The position numbers and the translations under genes were made by a program. Of a DNA stretch of 64,000 nt, positions 32,161 to 39,841 are shown piece by piece; the stretch's first letter is position 1; every line of letters begins with the position of its first letter. The DNA is from Qipengyuania sp. (GTDB lineage: Bacteria; Pseudomonadota; Alphaproteobacteria; Sphingomonadales; Sphingomonadaceae). The stretch is from contig JAIETR010000008.1 in NCBI GenBank assembly GCA_019745075.1, forward strand, positions 2,063 through 66,062, given 5' to 3'. The notes under the pieces are model-generated. The model had not been told where the DNA came from. It made no database searches and worked only from the letters and a program-made list of their open reading frames with translations.

Positions 32161-32795
32161 TGGCTGACCAGTCCCACGGAAAGCGGTTCGAGGATTTCGT
32201 CAAGGCCAGTGGTCTGTTTCCCGGATCGGCGGACCAGGGCCGCTCGCCCACATCGGGATTCGACATCGAGGCGCGGTTCGATCGGGAGAGGGGTCTGCCG
32301 ACCAGCGTCAAGACAACCGGCAACAAGGTCGTGGCGCTATCCGACGCGCGGCGATTTTTCGACAAAGGCGGGCCCTACCGCATGATCGTGGGCAGATACC
32401 TGCAAGTAGCGGACCGCAAGGAATTTGCCGAGGTTCACGAGTTCATCCTCACACCTCAGGCTCTCGCGTATTTGCAAGGATCATTGACCTCGCAAGTGGT
32501 CAACGATTTCCACAACGGCTTGCTTCTGAGCCGATTTCCCCTCGGAGCGCATGTCGAAGCGAGGCGCTGGGCGCGGGAACAGCGTTCACTTCTCGCGGCC
32601 CGTGCAACGCAAATCGTCCTCAACCCGAAAGTCGATTCGCAAAGTCAGCGCAGGCTCCAATGTTCGGTCAGCCTGGCATCGCTCTCGGAGGCCGCGAGGA
32701 GCTTTGGCGAGTATCGGCTGCACGCCGAGTCCTTTGGGAACTGGGTTTTGCCCATTGTCCAGAACAGCCCTCGCAGGCGCTTCAAGCCGCGATAG
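32160..32795 (+). CDS. Putative restriction endonuclease partner of the N6A methyltransferase
   Basis: 211-aa in-frame ORF; ATG overlaps the MTase stop (TGATG). Possible PD-(D/E)xK segment (GFDIEARFD...TSVKTTG). Family not recognised. Confidence 0.5.
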   Translation: MADQSHGKRFEDFVKASGLFPGSADQGRSPTSGFDIEARFDRERGLPTSVKTTGNKVVALSDARRFFDKGGPYRMIVGRYLQVADRKEFAEVHEFILTPQALAYLQGSLTSQVVNDFHNGLLLSRFPLGAHVEARRWAREQRSLLAARATQIVLNPKVDSQSQRRLQCSVSLASLSEAARSFGEYRLHAESFGNWVLPIVQNSPRRRFKPR

Positions 32796-32834
32796 GTCCT
32801 GCGCGATGTCGGCAGCCCGTTTCGGGTAGCGAGG

Positions 32835-32922
32835 GACCATGCCGCCATCGAGCTCAAGGCGGACGTGCGCGAATGGCTGCTCGAGCCGGTCGCGGAAGAT
32901 GCGGAGCTTTCCGGACCAATAG
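32835..32922 (+). pseudogene. Chimeric scar: rpiB 5' fragment (codons about 8-25) joined directly to a third copy of the last 12 codons of rpoD
   Basis: 32835-32886 matches 34409-34460 at 49/52 nt. 32887-32922 matches 30428-30463 at 31/36 nt, with 5 of 6 changed codons synonymous in the rpoD frame. Confidence 0.75.
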
Positions 32923-32943
32923 GCCGGGAGGTCGCGCGCCCGG

Positions 32944-34182
32944 TCAATCGAAGGCCTGTGCCGGAGCCGGCCGGCCGAAGAAGTAGCCCTGCCCGTAATC
33001 GACGCCGAGGTCGGCCAGCACGGCTTTCTCCTCGGCGCATTCGATTCCTTCCGCGATGACTTTGGATCCCATATCGGCCGCGAAGCGCACCAGGGCCCCG
33101 GCCAGCGCGCGGCGCGCTGCGTCGAGATGCACATCGCGGGTCAGGCTCATGTCCAGCTTGAGCAGATCGGGGCCGAGATCGACGAGGTGACGCAATCCCG
33201 CATAGCCCGCGCCGACATCGTCGATAGCGATCCGGGCGTGAGCTGAAAGGCGGGAAAGCGCCTGACGCAGCGCGTCGAAATTGCTCACTTTCTGGTGCTC
33301 TGTGACCTCGAGTACCAGCCGCATCCGGTCGGAGCCTTCGAGCAATTCCTCCAGCTGCCCCGACAAAATCGCTTCCGGCGAAGCGTTGAGGGAGAGATAT
33401 TGGCCCGGCGGTAAAGTTGCGCCCGTGGCCAGCGCCAGCCGCATGGCCAGCAGCTCGAGTTCCGGCCCCCGCCCGATCTCCGCCGCCTCGTTGAACCAGG
33501 CGTCGGGGCCGCGCAGCGCCGAATCGGCAAAGCGCGCGAGGCATTCCACGCCGCGTGCTTCTTCGGACACCAGCTCGACGATGGGCTGATGGAAGATGGT
33601 GATCGCCTCGCTCGCGAGCACCCCGCCGATTGCCGTTTCGAGCGTAAGCCGGCGAGCGTCCCCTTCCACGGACGTCTCGATTTGCTCCACCGCCAGTGCT
33701 GCGAAGGCGCGCAAAACGCCCAGGTCGCGCTCGGTCAGGCTGCGATCCGCCTTGCGGCTGAGACAGCAGAAGCTGCCATACAAGGTGCCGTCGGAAAGCC
33801 GCAGCGGCGTGTTGAGATGGCATCCCACGGGCAGAAATTCGGTGATCGCCATCGTCTTGGTGAACGGGAAATCGGCCGCGTCCTGGATCAGCTCGGGAAG
33901 CCGGCCTTCGGCGATGTGCCAGCAATAGCTGTCTTCGCGCCGGTCGACGAAACCCGGCCCCATCGGGAGTTCGAGATCGGACACCACGTTGGTGAGTTCC
34001 TTCATCCCACCATCGACGTAGCGCGAAACAAAAGCGATCTCGGCTCCCAGATGCTCCCGCACCGCAGCCAGGATACGATCGATCGAGTCATTCTCGACTG
34101 GCGCCAGCCGGGTGCCGGCGACGTTGAGAATTCGAGGCGATGGATGAGCGCTCATTCGTCCTGCCGATCTTATAGCGTGCAA
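32944..34182 (-). CDS. GAF-domain / EAL-domain c-di-GMP phosphodiesterase (alternative start 34155)
   Basis: EAL domain signatures (ECLARF, LSLNASP, EVTE, DDVGAGYAGL, KLD, EGIE, QGYFF) preceded by a GAF-like sensor. Confidence 0.85.
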   Translation of the reverse strand: MHAIRSAGRMSAHPSPRILNVAGTRLAPVENDSIDRILAAVREHLGAEIAFVSRYVDGGMKELTNVVSDLELPMGPGFVDRREDSYCWHIAEGRLPELIQDAADFPFTKTMAITEFLPVGCHLNTPLRLSDGTLYGSFCCLSRKADRSLTERDLGVLRAFAALAVEQIETSVEGDARRLTLETAIGGVLASEAITIFHQPIVELVSEEARGVECLARFADSALRGPDAWFNEAAEIGRGPELELLAMRLALATGATLPPGQYLSLNASPEAILSGQLEELLEGSDRMRLVLEVTEHQKVSNFDALRQALSRLSAHARIAIDDVGAGYAGLRHLVDLGPDLLKLDMSLTRDVHLDAARRALAGALVRFAADMGSKVIAEGIECAEEKAVLADLGVDYGQGYFFGRPAPAQAFD

Positions 34183-34386
34183 CCTGCCCCAGAAAGGCTA
34201 ACGAGCCACTAACCTCTGTCGAAGAGAACGATTGCCTTCGCTGGCCCCGACCAGCCGGCAACCCGGAGCGACTCGGCGGCGCCTGGGTCATGCTCGGCTC
34301 GCGCGACGACCGTGCATACATGTTGGAAGGCAGAGAATTGCGCCATCAGGGTGGCGGGACGCGTCACCCTGCACTATGGCCACCCC

Positions 34387-34851
34387 ATGCGCATCGCCAT
34401 CGCCTCCGACCATGCCGCCATCGACCTCAAGGCGGACCTGCGCGAGTGGCTGCTCGAGCAGGGGCACGAGGTCGCCGACCTCGGGCCAGGGACCGCCGAA
34501 AGCGTCGATTATCCCGACTTCGGCTACGATCTCGCCGCGGTGGTGGCCGAAGGCACCGCCCGGTTCGGCGTGGCGCTGTGCGGCAGCGGCATTGGTATCT
34601 CGATCGCGGTCAACCGCAATCCGCTGGTGCGCTGCGCGCGGGTCAGCGAACCGCTCTCGGCCGCGCTCGCCCGCGAGCATAACGACGCCAATGTCATCGC
34701 CCTGGGCGCGCGGCTGACCGGGCCCGACATGGCCAAGGCCTGCCTCACCGCCTTCTTGGGCACCGAATTCTCCGGCGGGCGCCACCAGCGCCGCGTCGAC
34801 AAGCTCGGCACCCCGCCCCACCCCATCGACAGGATCGAACCGCACCAATGA
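34387..34851 (+). CDS. rpiB: Ribose-5-phosphate isomerase B
   Basis: [18 protein letters not shown]...[17 protein letters not shown]...[12 protein letters not shown]-like core; stop overlaps the glyA ATG. Confidence 0.9.
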   Translation: MRIAIASDHAAIDLKADLREWLLEQGHEVADLGPGTAESVDYPDFGYDLAAVVAEGTARFGVALCGSGIGISIAVNRNPLVRCARVSEPLSAALAREHNDANVIALGARLTGPDMAKACLTAFLGTEFSGGRHQRRVDKLGTPPHPIDRIEPHQ

Positions 34852-36299
34852 GCGCAGCCGACATATCGACGCCTTCCAAGTCCTTCGAGACGGCTCGGAC
34901 TTCGTCCTCGCCTCCTCAGGACGAACGGAGAGGGGGACAGATGTCTTCCAATTCCGTTCGTGCTGAGGAGGGGCCGAAGCCGAAGGCAGAGGACCTGTCT
35001 CGAAGCACATTGCGCGACGCTCCCGACCGCTTCTGGACCGACACGCTCGAGGCTGCCGACCCCGAGGTCTTCGCCGCCGTGCGCGGCGAGCTGAAGCGCC
35101 AGCAGGACAAGATCGAGCTGATCGCGAGCGAGAACATCGCCAGCCGCGCGGTGCTCGAGGCGACCGGGAGCGTGTTCACCAACAAATATGCCGAGGGCTA
35201 TCCGGGCAAGCGCTATTATGGCGGCTGCGACTATGCCGATGTGGTCGAGACGCTGGCGATCGAGCGCGCGAAACAGCTGTTCGGCTGCCGCTTCGCCAAT
35301 GTCCAGCCCAACAGCGGCAGCCAGATGAACCAGGCGGTGTTCCTGGCGCTGCTCCAGCCCGGCGACACCTTCATGGGGCTCGACCTCAACTCGGGCGGCC
35401 ACCTCACCCACGGCAGCCCCGTCAACATGAGCGGCAAGTGGTTCAATCCGGTCAGCTACGGCGTGCGCAAGGACAACGAGCTGATCGACATGGACGAGGT
35501 GATGGCGGTCGCGAAGGCGAACAGGCCCAGGCTGATCATCGCCGGCGGCACAGCCTATTCGCGGATCTGGAACTGGGCGGCGTTCCGCCACGTCGCGGAC
35601 GAGGTCGGCGCCACGCTGATGGTGGATATGAGCCATATCGCCGGGCTGGTGGCGGGCGGCGTGCATTCCTCGCCCTTCCCGCACGCGCATATCGTCACCA
35701 CCACCACGCACAAGAGCCTGCGGGGCCCGCGCTCGGGCGTGATCCTGTGGGACGAGGAGGAGCTGACCAAGCCGCTCAACATGGCGGTGTTCCCCGGGCT
35801 CCAGGGCGGGCCGCTGATGCATGTGATCGCCGCCAAGGCGGTCGCCTTCCGCGAGGCGCTGCGGCCCGAGTTCAAGCTCTACGCCCGCCGCGTGGTCGAG
35901 AACGCGCGCGCGCTCGCCGCCAGTCTCGAGGAGAATGGGCTGCGGGTGGTCTCGGGCGGGACCGACAACCATCTGATGCTGGTCGATCTTTCCGCGAAGA
36001 ATGTCACCGGCAAGGATGCCGAGAAGGGCCTCGACCGGGCCTGGCTCACCGCCAACAAGAACGGCATCCCCTACGACACCAGGAGTCCCTTCGTGACCAG
36101 CGGCATCCGCCTCGGCACGCCGGCGGGCACCACCCGCGGCTTCGGCGCGGGCGAGTTTCGCGCGATCGGCAAGCTAATCTCCGAGGTCGTCGAGGGCCTT
36201 GCCAAGAACGGCCCAGAGGGCGATGGTCAGATCGAGGAAAGCGTGCGCACCCGGGTGGCCGAGCTGTGCGCGCGCTTCCCGGTCTATCCGGGCCTGTAA
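34848..36299 (+). CDS. glyA: Serine hydroxymethyltransferase with a repeat-derived N-terminal insertion of about 46 codons
   Basis: [37 protein letters not shown]...[15 protein letters not shown] 34848 overlaps the rpiB stop (ATGA). Alternative internal ATG at 34941. Confidence 0.95.
   Translation: MSAADISTPSKSFETARTSSSPPQDERRGGQMSSNSVRAEEGPKPKAEDLSRSTLRDAPDRFWTDTLEAADPEVFAAVRGELKRQQDKIELIASENIASRAVLEATGSVFTNKYAEGYPGKRYYGGCDYADVVETLAIERAKQLFGCRFANVQPNSGSQMNQAVFLALLQPGDTFMGLDLNSGGHLTHGSPVNMSGKWFNPVSYGVRKDNELIDMDEVMAVAKANRPRLIIAGGTAYSRIWNWAAFRHVADEVGATLMVDMSHIAGLVAGGVHSSPFPHAHIVTTTTHKSLRGPRSGVILWDEEELTKPLNMAVFPGLQGGPLMHVIAAKAVAFREALRPEFKLYARRVVENARALAASLEENGLRVVSGGTDNHLMLVDLSAKNVTGKDAEKGLDRAWLTANKNGIPYDTRSPFVTSGIRLGTPAGTTRGFGAGEFRAIGKLISEVVEGLAKNGPEGDGQIEESVRTRVAELCARFPVYPGL
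34880..35008. repeat. Palindromic repeat copy B1 (long-arm variant) embedded in the 5' end of glyA
   Basis: Arms GTCCTTCGAGACGG...CCTCAGGACGAACGG / CCGTTCGTGCTGAGGAGG...CTGTCTCGAAGCAC. Confidence 0.85.
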
Positions 36300-36322
36300 C
36301 CCCGAAACCTGAGGACGGAGCT

Positions 36323-36553
36323 ATGGACGAGAACAATCCGCGTGGGCCAGAGCGGGGCAACGATTGGGTCGAGGACGCCAAGAACGAGATTTCGGGTATG
36401 GCCAGGCAGGGACTCGACCATCCCTCGACCAAGCCGGTGCTGGCGGGCGCCGCGATCGGCGCGGTGGCGGGCGCCCTGCTGCCGGTGATCAGCCTGCCGA
36501 TCGGCGCGCTGGTCGGCGCCGGCTTCGCGTTCTACAACAGGATCAAGAAATAA
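36323..36553 (+). CDS. Small membrane protein (Gly/Ala-rich TM)
   Basis: 76-aa in-frame ORF between glyA and nrdR: AGAAIGAVAGALLPVISLPIGALVGAGFAFY. Confidence 0.4.
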   Translation: MDENNPRGPERGNDWVEDAKNEISGMARQGLDHPSTKPVLAGAAIGAVAGALLPVISLPIGALVGAGFAFYNRIKK

Positions 36554-36566
36554 TAGGGTGCTTTGA

Positions 36567-37025
36567 ATGCGCTGTCCGTTCTGCGCCCATGACGACACCC
36601 AGGTAAAGGACAGCCGCCCCGCCGAGGACAATGCGGCGATCCGTCGCCGCCGCCAGTGCGGCCAATGCGGCGCGCGCTTCACCAGCTTCGAGCGCGTCCA
36701 GTTGCGCGAGGTCACGGTCGCGAAATCGGACGGCAAGCGCGAGCCCTTCGACCGCGGCAAGCTCGAGCGCTCGCTCACGCTCGCCTGCCGCAAGCGCGGC
36801 GTCGCGCCCGAGCGGATCGACCAGCTCGTCAGCGGCATCCAGCGCCAGGTCGAGACCGCGGGCGACAGCGAGGTTTCCTCCGAGCGGATCGGCGAACTGG
36901 TGATGGAGGGCCTGCGCCAGATCGATCCCGTCGCCTACATCCGCTTCGCCAGCGTCTACCGCGATTTCTCCGAGCCGCGCGATTTCGAGGCATTCGCGAG
37001 CTCGGTGCAGGACGCGAAGGAATAG
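36567..37025 (+). CDS. nrdR: Transcriptional repressor NrdR
   Basis: [17 protein letters not shown]...[17 protein letters not shown] zinc ribbon plus ATP-cone. Confidence 0.95.
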   Translation: MRCPFCAHDDTQVKDSRPAEDNAAIRRRRQCGQCGARFTSFERVQLREVTVAKSDGKREPFDRGKLERSLTLACRKRGVAPERIDQLVSGIQRQVETAGDSEVSSERIGELVMEGLRQIDPVAYIRFASVYRDFSEPRDFEAFASSVQDAKE

Positions 37026-37030
37026 TTGAA

Positions 37031-37107
37031 GCGGTCTCGATACGCTCGGGACGAACGGTTGGGTAAGATGCAACCTCATCCCGTTCGTCCCGAGCTTGTC
37101 GAGGGAC
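37031..37107. repeat. Palindromic repeat copy A4 (hairpin upstream of GIY-YIG gene 2)
   Basis: Arms GCGGTCTCGATACGCTCGGGACGAACGG / CCGTTCGTCCCGAGCTTGTCGAGGGAC. Confidence 0.8.
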
Positions 37108-37142
37108 TATGCCGAGCGAAGCCGAGGCCCTAAGCTCGGCCA

Positions 37143-38285
37143 ATGTCTTTTTTGACCTACATCCTGCGCTGCGCCGACGGCACCTATTACGTCGGTCACA
37201 CCGACAACATCGACAAGCGCTGGGCACAACATCAATTGGGCGAGCTTGGCGGCTACATCTCCGAGCGCCGGCCGCTCGAGTTCATGTGGGCGGAGGAAAT
37301 GCCTACGCGCGAGGAAGCCCTCGCCGCCGGACTGCGTATCAAGAAATGGTCGCGGGCGAAGAAGGAAGCGCTGATCGTGCAGGACTGGGATCGGCTTTCA
37401 CACTTCTCCATCCCGCCGAAAGAGCGCGGATCGGTCTCGGCTCCGCTCGACCGGGCCCCTCGACTTGGCTCGGGACGAACGGAGGAGGGGGATGAATTTC
37501 CTCCCGTTCGTTCTCAGCTTGTCGAAGGACAGGTTCCAGCAAAGCCGAGAACCCAAAAACCCGTCATCGTCCTTGTCCGTCCGCAACTCGGCGAGAACAT
37601 CGGCAAGGCGGCTCGCGCCATGCTGAATTTCGGGCTGACCGAGTTACGCCTGGTCGAGCCGCGCGACGGCTGGCCCAATCCCGCCGCCGGCCCCGCCGCC
37701 TCGGGCGCGGATGTGGTGCTGGAGCGGGCACGGGTGTTCGCCACCACCGCCGATGCGGTGGCCGACTGCGCACACATCTATGCCACCACGGTCCGCAAGC
37801 GCGGGGTGACCAAGCCGGTGCAGAGGCCGGAAGATGCTGCACGGAACATCCACCGGCAACCCGGACGAAGCGCGATACTGTTCGGGCCGGAGCGTTCGGG
37901 GCTGGAAACCGCCGACGTCGCCCTCGCCAGGACTATCATCACCGTGCCGATCAATCCCGCATTCGGCTCGCTCAATCTTGCGCAGGCGGTGATCCTGGTG
38001 GCCTACGAATGGTCCAAACTCGCGGAGCTCGCGCAGCCTACAGAGGAGGAATTGTTGCCTCCTGCGCCGCAGGGCGAGCTCGAGGGATTGATCGCTCACT
38101 TCACCCGGCTGCTTACCCCTAAAGGCTATTTCCTACCGCTCAGCCGTGCGGAAGCGACCCAGACAAACCTGCGCACGATCCTGACGAAACCGGGCTGGAA
38201 CCATCTTGAGGTACGCACCCTGCGCGGCGTCCTCAGCGCGCTCGAGCGAACGCCCTTGCCGCCGGTGAGCCAGGAGCGATCTTGA
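37143..38285 (+). CDS. Single 380-aa ORF: N-terminal GIY-YIG (YhbQ-like) nuclease, a repeat-encoded linker, and a C-terminal TrmJ/SpoU-family RNA 2'-O-methyltransferase
   Basis: N-terminus: MSFLTYILRCADGTYYVGHTDNIDKRWAQH...KKWSRAKKEAL. C-terminus: PVIVLVRPQLGENIGKAARAMLNFGL...ILFGPERSGL...SLNLAQAVILVAYE. No in-frame ATG/GTG/TTG between 37380 and the methyltransferase core. Confidence 0.75.
   Translation: MSFLTYILRCADGTYYVGHTDNIDKRWAQHQLGELGGYISERRPLEFMWAEEMPTREEALAAGLRIKKWSRAKKEALIVQDWDRLSHFSIPPKERGSVSAPLDRAPRLGSGRTEEGDEFPPVRSQLVEGQVPAKPRTQKPVIVLVRPQLGENIGKAARAMLNFGLTELRLVEPRDGWPNPAAGPAASGADVVLERARVFATTADAVADCAHIYATTVRKRGVTKPVQRPEDAARNIHRQPGRSAILFGPERSGLETADVALARTIITVPINPAFGSLNLAQAVILVAYEWSKLAELAQPTEEELLPPAPQGELEGLIAHFTRLLTPKGYFLPLSRAEATQTNLRTILTKPGWNHLEVRTLRGVLSALERTPLPPVSQERS
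37431..37530. repeat. Palindromic repeat copy A5 (3' of the GIY-YIG domain, inside the fusion ORF; has an extra partial arm)
   Basis: ...CCCCTCGACTTGGCTCGGGACGAACGG / CCCGTTCGTTCTCAGCTTGTCGAAGGAC. Confidence 0.8.
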
Positions 38286-38344
38286 ATCGCCGCCTTACAA
38301 ATGGTATGAAAATCGCAGCTATCCACCACATGAGGGTCTCGACG

Positions 38345-38638
38345 ATGAAAATCTCGGCCAGCTTCTGTTTCGCCTTCGCGTCAATTGCACTGATCGGCAC
38401 GCCCGCCGCCGCGGCGACGCAGGACGCGCCCGCGCGTCTCGCCCCGGCCAACGATCCGGCGGTGAAGAATCCGGACACGGTGGTTTGCAAGCGGATAGAT
38501 CCTCCGGTGGGTTCGCGCCTCGGCGGTGGCAAGCGTGTGTGTCAAACGAATCTCGCCTGGCAAAAACAGCAGGAGGCCGCGAAGGACGCCGCGAGCGAAA
38601 GCCAGCGCACCGGAATGTTCCGCCGCCAGCCAGGCTAA
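38345..38638 (+). CDS. Small secreted protein (signal peptide; start uncertain)
   Basis: MKISASFCFAFASIALIGTPAAAA signal-like N-terminus; two Cys. Confidence 0.4.
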   Translation: MKISASFCFAFASIALIGTPAAAATQDAPARLAPANDPAVKNPDTVVCKRIDPPVGSRLGGGKRVCQTNLAWQKQQEAAKDAASESQRTGMFRRQPG

Positions 38639-38645
38639 TCCTCTG

Positions 38646-38960
38646 TCACTTGGTTCGGTTGCGGCTGTCCCACTCGGCCAGCTCATAGGCGATCGAGACT
38701 TCCACCAGCCGATCCCAGATCGCCGCGAGCTCCTCGGCAGGTAACCCGCGGGCCCGGGCATCGCCACGGGCATTGGCGATTACCTGCGCCTTGCGCGCTT
38801 CATCCCGCACCGTGCCGCGGTCGGGCTTGATCCGGGCCGCGGTACGCATGTAACCGAAGCGGCGGTCGATGAGCGCCATCAGTTCGCGGTCGGTCGCATC
38901 GACACCGGTCCGGACTTCGGTCATGGTCTTGCAAGCGTCAGGTAGCAGGTAGTGGGTCAT
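38646..38960 (-). CDS. Chorismate mutase (AroQ-type, monofunctional)
   Basis: 104-aa helical ORF: VRTGVDATDRELMALIDRRFGYMRTAARIK...ARKAQVI...IWDRLVEVSIAYE. Confidence 0.7.
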   Translation of the reverse strand: MTHYLLPDACKTMTEVRTGVDATDRELMALIDRRFGYMRTAARIKPDRGTVRDEARKAQVIANARGDARARGLPAEELAAIWDRLVEVSIAYELAEWDSRNRTK

Positions 38961-39153
38961 GCCGCGCGCCCTGCCCGCAGCGGCCCGTACTGTCGAGGCT
39001 TGCCTTTCGCGCGCATCCTGCTAAGCGCGCGCCTCGCATTTGATCCCGCACCCCGGTGAAGCGGCGATCGCGGTCGGCACGTAGCCGATCGGGCGAGACC
39101 GGGTTCAAGGCGGACCACAGGGGTTCGCACAGCAAATCGAAGGATACGACATC

Positions 39154-39768
39154 ATGTCGAAGCGCCAGAGCGCCAAGTACAAGCTCGACCGCCGGATGGG
39201 CGAGAACATCTGGGGCCGCCCCAACTCCCCGGTCAACAAGCGCTCCTACGGTCCCGGCCAGCACGGCCAGCGCCGCAAGGGCAAGACGAGCGACTTCGGC
39301 CTGCAGCTGCGCGCCAAGCAGAAGCTCAAGGGCTACTATGGCGATGTGACCGAGAAGCAGTTCAAGAGCACCTACCAGGAAGCGAGCCGCATGAAGGGCG
39401 ACACCTCGCAGAACCTGATTGGCCTGCTCGAGCGCCGCCTCGACATGGTGGTCTACCGCGCCAAGTTCGCGCCGACCATCTTCGCCGCGCGCCAGCTCGT
39501 CAGCCACGGCCACATCCGCGTCAACGGCGTGAAGTGCAACATCGCCAGCCGCCGCGTGAACGTGAGCGACGTGATCAGCCTGGGCGGCAAGGCCAAGGAC
39601 ATGGCGCTGGTGATCGAGGCCCAGGGCCTGGCGGAGCGCGACATCCCCGACTACGTCAGCCCCGACGGCACCGACAAGATCACCTTCACCCGCGTTCCCC
39701 AGCTCGACGAGGTGCCCTACCCCGTCACCATGGAGCCGAACCTGGTGGTCGAGTTCTACTCGCGCTGA
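39154..39768 (+). CDS. rpsD: 30S ribosomal protein S4
   Basis: [23 protein letters not shown]...[34 protein letters not shown]. Confidence 0.95.
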   Translation: MSKRQSAKYKLDRRMGENIWGRPNSPVNKRSYGPGQHGQRRKGKTSDFGLQLRAKQKLKGYYGDVTEKQFKSTYQEASRMKGDTSQNLIGLLERRLDMVVYRAKFAPTIFAARQLVSHGHIRVNGVKCNIASRRVNVSDVISLGGKAKDMALVIEAQGLAERDIPDYVSPDGTDKITFTRVPQLDEVPYPVTMEPNLVVEFYSR

Positions 39769-39792
39769 TCGGGACCTTCACCGGTATTCAGG

Positions 39793-39826
39793 AAGGGCGG
39801 TCCTTCGCGCGAAGGACCGCCCTTTG
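39793..39826. terminator. Bidirectional intrinsic terminator between convergent rpsD and the peptidase gene
   Basis: Perfect stem GGGCGGTCCTTCG/CGAAGGACCGCCC flanked by AA... and ...TTT. Confidence 0.6.
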
Positions 39827-39841
39827 CCGTTGGTGCGGTGG

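Noticed and set aside
34230-34386. Possible ZTP (pfl) riboswitch upstream of rpiB-glyA
   Set aside because: The segment GGCGGCGCCTGGGTCA resembles the conserved 3' CGCCUGGGC box, and glyA is a known pfl-regulated gene class. However, I could not find the 5' GACUGGCG box or a convincing P1/P2/pseudoknot pairing. An Rfam RF01750 covariance scan would decide; a bit score above the gathering threshold would reinstate it.
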